The position numbers and the translations under genes were made by a program. Source: Octopus vulgaris (lineage: Eukaryota). Taken from it: 64,000 nucleotides of DNA. Below, one piece after another: positions 55,960-64,000 of the stretch; position 1 is the stretch's first letter, and each line of letters starts with the position of its first letter. Location of the stretch: positions 32,178,001 to 32,242,000 of the forward strand of contig OX597815.1 in NCBI GenBank assembly GCA_951406725.2, written 5' to 3'. The notes under the pieces were generated by a model that was not told where the DNA came from, ran no database searches, and was given only the letters and a program-made list of their open reading frames with translations.

Positions 55960-56600
55960 AATGGACGCAGATATAATTGATTACATTGCCATCAATGATG
56001 TAAGGCTGGCCGTAGATGAGGTAAATGCTTTTTGACTCAGATGTTCAATCAAATTTTCAAACAGATCAAACGAAGGCCTGCATATAACAGCTATCTTCAC
56101 TTGTGGCTATTTTGGTTTCACAGTACAGTGTTTTAGTCTCAAGATCTCACAATGAAGTAGTCCAGTAGGTGTCCGTGTCTTGAATGAGTATATTACCAGA
56201 AGACTTTCAGTTGTTCTACAAAAAAATGTTGTTGGTGATCAGATTGTCTTTGGTGTATTTGGTGAGAAGTAAGGCTCTTTGTGCTGCATTTTCTTAAACT
56301 TTCTCTGTGGCGATCACCTTCCAGGATCTGTAGTCTCGTTCCTCTCTCGTACTGAAATCACGAGAAGGATAATTTTGTCTGTTTTGAATGCAGTAAAAAG
56401 AATGGGATACAATTGAGCAAACAAATTTTGGTTGTTGGAAAACTGAATAACACTGTGTAACAGAATTTATTTATCTATTTATTTGTCTTTGGCTAGTGTT
56501 ATTTCCTATTTGCTTCTATCTACAAATAAAATGAAATAACAACTATTCTCTTCAAATTTTGTTTTTGCGACCTGGTCATCAATATTTTGAAACTGGCCTA
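55960..56600 (-). pseudogene. highly decayed Tc1/mariner transposase
   Basis: Minus strand around 56130-56200 resembles WPxRSPDLTPLDYF (LLDYF visible). Confidence 0.35.
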
Positions 56601-56657
56601 TTTACCATTATATGTCAGATATATTCAGCGATGAGTTGCTAAAGTAGAAATATCGTT

Positions 56658-56826
56658 ATAGCAAATAATCTGCTCAATACCACAGATTTGCTTGTCAGTT
56701 GTTTGACCTTAACCACTTGACCATATTCCAGAGTGGCTTACTATATGTACATTTCTGATTATGAACAAGAATAGTGGGGGAGTATCATAGCCATGTGTCG
56801 AGAGGGATTCTTTGGAGGTTTGAATA
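56658..56826 (+). mobile_element. partial copy of the (TAA)n-associated 560-bp element
   Basis: ctgctcaataccacagatttgcttgtcagttgtttgacc. Confidence 0.7.
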
Positions 56827-58084
56827 AATGCAACAGAAGCAAAGTTTGAAGGAAATATTAGTCATTTTTCATACTCTTTAGGGATAAGCAAATAGGAAAT
56901 AACCATTGCTACCCAAGGACAAAAATTACAAGGATTACACTGTGTAATCATCGGCACTAAATATTGTTAGTCTTCAGAAATTTTGGATTCGAAGTGTAAT
57001 TAACCGTTTGTTGGTGCTTTCAAGGCATAACTTGTGGAGTTATTGGAATACACAATAATTCTTAACCCGGCAAGGGGACAGTCACATGATCCATGATACA
57101 ATTTTAAACTCCTACAAACAAAAAAAAACAAACTCGCTTATACATACGCATTAGCTGTATCAATTTCATCAGTGAGACTGACTTCGCAAAAGTCATGGAC
57201 ATTACCCCGCTTCCTTAAAAAATAATTGCACCCGCACAAGCTGTGACACATGCAGATCAGCTGCTACATGCACTACCACATACACATACATAAAGAAAAA
57301 GTGTGCACAGAGATAAACATTGAAAAGTTTTCTTTCTTCTTTCTCGACCTCTTCCTTCCACACAATCGCAAAAGCCTATATATATATTTACACATCTACA
57401 GACATATCTATGCAAATAGCATACGCACATACGCACATTCGAGCAAAAGAGAAGATATCGAGAGACATGTAAAGTGCATTAATCACCTTTATAAATACAC
57501 GTAGTACTTCATTCGATAAGTATAAACAGAGATATTATAACATAAGAAACAGAACATTAATGGAACTTATGGAACACTTGACTATACCATCAATTTATAT
57601 CGTAGTCATCGTCGTAGTAGCGGTTGTTTAATATATTCTGGATTATTATATGAGCAGACGCATGAAGTTTTGACGGCAAGGTTTTTCGTTAGTTTGCTTT
57701 TCATCTATTGCCATTCTGTTATTTGTTTTCTGTTTGTGTTTCTGTGAGGGAATTGTCTGTTTTTATGTCATGGAATTTTACATTTGCCTCTTTACGTATT
57801 GCAATTTTGTTTATCTTTATCTTTTGGAGGAGGGCGTTAGATTTTGTGTCTTGGAGTTTCCCGCTTGCAGTTACATGTATTGTTGTAGTTGTTGCTTTGC
57901 ACCAGGTATTTCCAAATCTGAAGCTTTATGCAGAAAGGTTTTCCAGCCATGTTTATTTCGTCAGTAAAAGTAAGATTACCTGATACAATAAATCCTTTGC
58001 AATTTTTAATATGGTGGGGTATGTTATCAGGTAAATTTGGTTACTGTTTCTAACACATCGAGTGACCACATAGAGGCCTCCTTG

Positions 58085-58560
58085 TTGACTCGTTTTTTGT
58101 TGTTATTATTACTGCTGCTGTTTCTGTTGATGTTGTTGTTAGTGTTGCTGTTGTTGTTGCTATTTTTGTTGCTTTGTTGTTGTTGTTGTTCTTCTTCTTC
58201 TTCTTGCTGTTGTTGTTGTTCTTCTTCCTCCTCCTCTTCTTCTTCTTCTTCTTCTCTTCCTTCTTCTGTTCCTTCTTTTCCTTCTTTTTCTGTATTCTTA
58301 GCATAACTTGGTTTCTTCTTCTTCTTCTTCTTCTTCTTCTTCTTCTTCTTCTTCTTCTTCTTCTTCTTCTTCTTCTTCTTCTTCTTCTTCTTCTTCTTCT
58401 TCTTCTTCTTCTTCTTTTCCTTCTTTTCTGTATTCTTAGCTTTCTTCTTCTTCTTCTTCTTCTTCTTCTTCTTCTTCTTCTTCTTCTTCTTCTTCTTCTT
58501 CTTCTTCTTCTTCTTCCTTCTTCTTCTTTTTTTTTCTCTATTCTTAGCATATCGAGTAAC
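58085..58560. repeat. compound (GTT)/(CTT)n trinucleotide tract
   Basis: Long (CTT)n runs interrupted three times by tattcttagc. Confidence 0.9.
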
Positions 58561-58619
58561 TTGGTTTCTAACGAGTTTCCTGCATATTCTTTTTTTTTCT
58601 TTTTGTTTTTTTTTTTGTC

Positions 58620-59330
58620 TAGTGTTGTTGATGTTTAAACCCCAAATAAGCTCTGACGACACAAATTTCAAACTTATGGTCAAAGTTGTACCAGCTCTGA
58701 CTATCACAAAGGGCATAATAGATACCCTATGCAGAAAGCACACTTACTGTGTGCATACAAATTTATTACAGTTTTTACCAGTTGAAAAACACAGGCTGAC
58801 TAATTGAACATGGTTGGAATAAAAAATGGTGTTAATAATGAAATAAATTCATCGTTTGCAAGGAAGCGTTGAAGTTGATTCCGATATCAAAGAAGAGGAG
58901 TTGTGTAGATTATTGGTTTTGTGAATACTAGATTTTCTTGAGTTGTCTTTTTTAAAAGGTGAGAACTTTGAAAAACCAAACTCAGAGTTTACTCTCTATC
59001 CTTTGACATGGTGGAAGGTCATTATGGCACTTATCCATAATTTTGTTGACTTTTAAAAAAATAGTTCTTGCTTGTTCCAAAAAACAAATTGGTCAGAAAA
59101 AGGCATACAGAGAACTTGATCGGTCATAAATCTGGGCCCATTTGGTCCACTGTACCAAGCTGACATGAAATTGTTCATGGGGTGACCCAGGTTACTATTA
59201 CAGAGGTACAGTAAACAAGGCTTCAACTGCTGCTCAATTGATTTTGAAGAAACTGAGGGGTTTATTGAAAAATGGAACACAAAAAAGAATTAGGGATTGT
59301 CTGAAATTACAGTGATCCTATGATTGATAA
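58620..59330 (+). pseudogene. possible decayed hAT transposase
   Basis: VVPALTITKGIIDTLCRK and PLTWWK...YP resemble hAT segments; many stops and frameshifts. Confidence 0.25.
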
Positions 59331-60741
59331 AAGCCGAATTCTGATATGATTAGCATGTATAATTATTGTGATGAGTTATATATTATTCACATGTAGAGTT
59401 CTTGCGAATTATATGTGATTAATGTGTGATGAATTAAATCTTTCGACCACTGCTCTTGGTTTTTATGACTGCTTTCCATCGCAACGATAATCTTCCCATT
59501 ATAGAAACGTAGTTTTTCTGATAGTAATTGGCACAATCTACCTGAATTTTTAAGAAAAGTTTCTTTGTTAATGCATCATGAATAGGATTTTGTAAATTCG
59601 TGTTTGAAACTTTTATGTGTATAATGATATGGCTTTCTGCAAACGTCAAAATGACAAAGAATTAAAAGCACATCACTGTGGTGGTGGCAGGATCGTTATT
59701 CGAAATTATGAAACTGTTATCTGTACAGTAAAAACTGGTGCTCTTATCAACTCATATTTGAAAACTAGGATTTGGAAAATAATTTAACAGCAAACAACAT
59801 TTTGGACGGCATTGTTTTATTAGAATCATTTATTTTAATTCTAGAAGCATTGATAATAAAGTTCCAAGTTTAATCTTTCAGTGCAATACAAATTCTAAGT
59901 CAATCCCGTAATCCTCGATTTCTGAATGTATTCAACTGTTGACACATTGTGTAATCAGATAAGACAGATGGGATGTGAATCGAGGATTTTTTTTTCTAAT
60001 CAGTTTAATTACTGACATTCAAAATGCATCGACAATTTTTTTATGAAGTATTTAATTTTAAAGTTAACTTAAACATCGGTATTTAAAGTAAACAAACCAA
60101 ATGCTTATAAGAATAAGTCTATACTGTAGATCTCCTGCTAAGAATATACACAATGTTATTGAAAGAATTATCTGAAATATTGATAAGTGTCAATAAAATG
60201 TACCAAATGTTATTATGAGTGATTTAACTCGCCTGGTTTGTGATGAGATTTTCGAAATACACAAGAACAAAAGTTCTGTTTTTATTTCTATAAGTTAAGT
60301 AATTGTTTCGAGCAGCTTCTTCTAAGTCTTGTTCATATCGATGTATTATTTTAGATCTAGTTTTAGTAAACGCGCCAGATCTCGCTTTTAGAATTATCCA
60401 TTTCTTAACCATTTGTCAGTTCCGATCATTTTCGTTTACGTCGTTTTCATGATCATTATTTTTACTTCAGAAGCGCGAAAATGTTTTCTTCAGAAATATT
60501 CATAAGGGATTATTTAATTCATTAAAATTTTTTTTTATCTAAAATTGAACAAACAAATTACATTATTAACTCTCTAATTCATATATGATTTGATTGTTTT
60601 TTTTAAATTCTGAGTAAGAAACTCAAATCATATGTTCCCCTGTGTAATAATAAATTGTCTAAAAGTGCTTTAAAGTGATACAAAAAGTTCGATAAATTAC
60701 ACAAAATATTTAAAAGGAATCCCAATATTTTTTTATATTAT

Positions 60742-60964
60742 ACTTATTTCAGTCATTTGATTGCAGCCATGCTGAGATACCGCTTTCAAGAATTTTTATT
60801 TGAATAAATTGACCCCGGCACTTTTTTTAAAGTCTGGTATTTATGCTATAGATCACTTTTGCCGAACCGCTAAGTTACGGAGACATAAACACTCCAACAC
60901 CGACTGTCAAGCGATGGTGGGGATAAACACAGACACAAAGACGCACACACTTTATATATATATG

Positions 60965-61011
<47 letters not shown>

Positions 61012-61156
61012 TTACATAAGACAAGCTTCTTTCAGTTTCCGTCTACCAAATCTACTGAGAAGCCTCTGGTCGGCCCGCAGCTATAACAGAAGACACTTGC
61101 CCAACGTGCCACGAAATGGGACTGAACCTGGGACCATGTGGCTTGGAAGCAAGCTT
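60742..61156 (-). mobile_element. SINE family B
   Basis: Family match on the minus strand. Confidence 0.8.
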
Positions 61157-62167
61157 TGAATGAAATTAAGTGCCCTGCAACAGCTACAGAATCACGCTCC
61201 CATTTTAACACCAAAGTAATTCTAGAACTGGAAAATATATTTTGGAGTCAAATTCTATAAATTTTTTCTGAAATATAACAGATCACATTTAACTGTATAA
61301 TAAACAATATCTTCTTTGGTTTCCAAACTAAATTTTGATGGCTTTATTGAGATGAACTGAAGTTTTTTTGCTTGTTTTTTTTTTGTTTTTTTTTCCTAAT
61401 TTTAATTTGATAATGGATTTTACTTTGTTGATCACGCTGTAACTTTAAGTAATGCTTTTCAGTACTGTATACGAACATATTCTGAAAATACCTTTTAAAA
61501 TTTTCAGCTGGAATTGGCGATATTCTTCAAACCTTTCCTTAAAAAATATTGCATGTCATATTGATGAGTCATTAACTAATGTGTATAGTATAATTTCTCA
61601 AACTAGTAAAATAATGGTACGTAGAAGATTTCGAAAGTAAATCCGATTCACGAAAAAACAGACTTGTCTGATTCAGTTTAAAATTGCTTCTAACAGATAC
61701 AAGATCTGAAAATTTAGAGCCTCTATCATCGATCCCATAACTCGACTGGTATTTTATTTTATCGACCCGGAGGAATGAAAGCAAATGTTGATCTCGGTGT
61801 GATGTGAACTTAGAATGTAAAGAACTATAACTAAATAGTGTAAAGCAAACTGTCCAACATTTTAACGAGTCTGCCAATCGCTTTATCTGACTTGTCATGT
61901 CCATGAATAAAATAACCGATGAGAGAAATTGGTTGAATACAAGCATTGCAAGAAGTTAATTTTTCAACCTCAGGATGACTGTAGGAATAAAAGGACTACA
62001 GTATCGCAACTTTTCATTATGTTATAACGTATGGATCCCTGTTACTAATTAGGGTTTCCATATTTGTGTTATGTATTTGGATTTAGCAGACCCGTTCAGT
62101 GTATCCCACCCAACGTTATTTTTCAAAAATCTGTAAATCACCAGGATTTTGACGGTAAACCTTTAGC

Positions 62168-62350
62168 GTGGTTCAATATATTTCCATTAAAGATTGTTCC
62201 CCTAGTCTAGTGCCAATTACACCTGAAATTCCACAAGGCAACCTAATTAGGCCAATACTGCTTCTAATTAATATGAGAAACATGCAAAATGTAATTTTCG
62301 AAAAATTTGATATTGTTTGCAAATTATACAAAATTATAATTATCTTCTAA
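62168..62350 (+). pseudogene. decayed CR1-like RT fragment
   Basis: EIPQGNLIRPILLLINMRNM resembles GVPQGxVLGPxLFLIYINDM. Confidence 0.4.
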
Positions 62351-62460
62351 TACAAACTTGACCGATATAAAAAAAAATTTTCATCTCCGGTGTGTGTTTT
62401 TATGGGTTCAAGAAATGTAGTTGACTTTAACAATCTAAAAACGTTCGGTTTTACACCCTC

Positions 62461-62756
62461 TTTACTCTTTTACTTGTTTCAGTCATTTGACTGCGGCCAT
62501 GCTGGAGTACCGCCTTTAGTCGAGCAAATCGACCCCAGGTCTTATTCTTTGTAAGCCTAGAACTTATTCTATCGGTTTCTTTTGCCGAACCGCTAAGTTA
62601 CGGTGACGTAAAAACACCAGCATCGGTTGTCAAGCGATGTTGGGGGGACAGACACAGACACACAAACACACACACACATATATATACATATATATAAGTG
62701 CAAACAAGGGAGTCAGAGAAAGGCAGAATGCCACTTAAATCTGAACACTACTATAG

Positions 62757-62798
<42 letters not shown>

Positions 62799-62968
62799 GA
62801 CAGGCTTCTTTCAGATTCCGTCTACCAAATCCACTCACAAGGCTTTGGTCGGCCCGAGGCTATAGTAGAAGACACTTGCCCAAGGTGACACGCAGTGGGA
62901 CTGAACCCGGAACCATGTGGTTGGTAAGCAAAGTAGTTTGGTAAGCAAACTACAGCCACTCCTGCGCC
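62461..62968 (-). mobile_element. SINE family B, full length
   Basis: Near-consensus head and tail. Confidence 0.85.
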
Positions 62969-63143
62969 TATGCCTGTTTAGGATATTTTAGAATGCGGGT
63001 GAATTCCTAAAATTTCTAAAATCTCTTATGTGGTAGTTTCTGTGAATGACGATCTCAAATATTCATTACATTGGGCTAAAAAGTTTAAGGTTTTCGAAGG
63101 TTAAGTTTTTCAGATTACATGCTTGATGATAAAATCTGTGTGC

Positions 63144-63183
<40 letters not shown>

Positions 63184-63530
63184 ATTTAGCAGTCTACCTC
63201 TGTCTGATCCAAATCAACCATTTGTCACCAATCAACTAGTGTGCCTTTACTCTCCTAATACCTATTATCATTTCATCTCTTTCGGAAATGTTGTTCTGCC
63301 CTAATATATTAGACTCTCCCCTTTACGGCTTTAAACGTGCTCTTTCCTGTATTTGAGCTATTCGTATAAAATATTAATGACGCAGAACAACATTAGTTTC
63401 TTTGGCTTACTACCTATAAATCCATGTATCTTTTAAAGGCAATCTAAACTTATCGCTGTATCTAGCTAGTTAGCTACATTAATGTTTGTCGGTTTATGAA
63501 ATCATGTTGCTAACTATTTTGCAAAATTGT

Positions 63531-63743
63531 TTACTCTCTTTACTTGTTTCGGTCATTTGACTACGGCCATGCTGGAGCACCGCCTTTAGTCGAGCAAATC
63601 GAACCCTGGACTTATTCTTTGGAAGCCTAGTACTTATTCTATCGGTCTCTTTTGCCGAACCGCTAAGTTACGGAGACGTAAACACACCAGCATCGATTGT
63701 CAAGCGATGTTAGGGGACAAACACAGACACACAAACATACACA

Positions 63744-63809
<66 letters not shown>

Positions 63810-63970
63810 AATGTAAACGACGGGCTTCTTTCAGTTTCCGTCTACCAAATCCACTCACAAGGCTTTGGTCGGCCCGAGGCTATAGTAGAAGACGCTTGCC
63901 CAAGGTGCCACGCAGTGGGAATGAACCCAGAACCATGTGGTTGGTAGCCAAGCTACTTACCACACAGCCA
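63531..63970 (-). mobile_element. SINE family B
   Basis: Near-consensus. Confidence 0.85.
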
Positions 63971-64000
63971 TTCAAAACAATTGATCTGTTTATTTACATA

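Noticed and set aside
59430-60420. Minus-strand ORFs as a host gene
   Set aside because: Short and discontinuous; at best a very decayed CR1-like LINE, too weak to call.

Overview
AT-rich eukaryotic DNA with very dense microsatellites and transposon remnants. The SINE families and repeat make-up look like an octopus/coleoid cephalopod genome (inference, not database-checked). No intact cellular gene is recognisable, and nearly all ORFs in the track are microsatellite artefacts. Supported content: three tRNA-derived SINE families, R4/Dong-like and HERO-like restriction-like-endonuclease (RLE) LINE fragments, RTE and CR1-like LINE remnants, Penelope-like element (PLE) remnants, non-autonomous Helitrons (including a head-to-tail trimer), a Helentron/HINE-like element, a decayed Merlin transposon, Tc1/mariner and hAT remnants, and an 85-bp minisatellite. 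The most striking pattern is about 11 sequence-diverse minimal hammerhead-ribozyme motifs. They lie close to (TA)n/(CA)n tracts, and several sit inside long fold-back inverted repeats. Other points: SINE concatemers with a recurrent junction, a (TAA)n-associated element derived from a LINE 3' UTR, a Sox/DMRT/octamer motif cluster, a candidate TATA-driven first exon, and a ~6.5-kb zone of roughly constant-offset duplications that is probably an assembly artefact. Coordinates were read by eye and may be off by a few bases.
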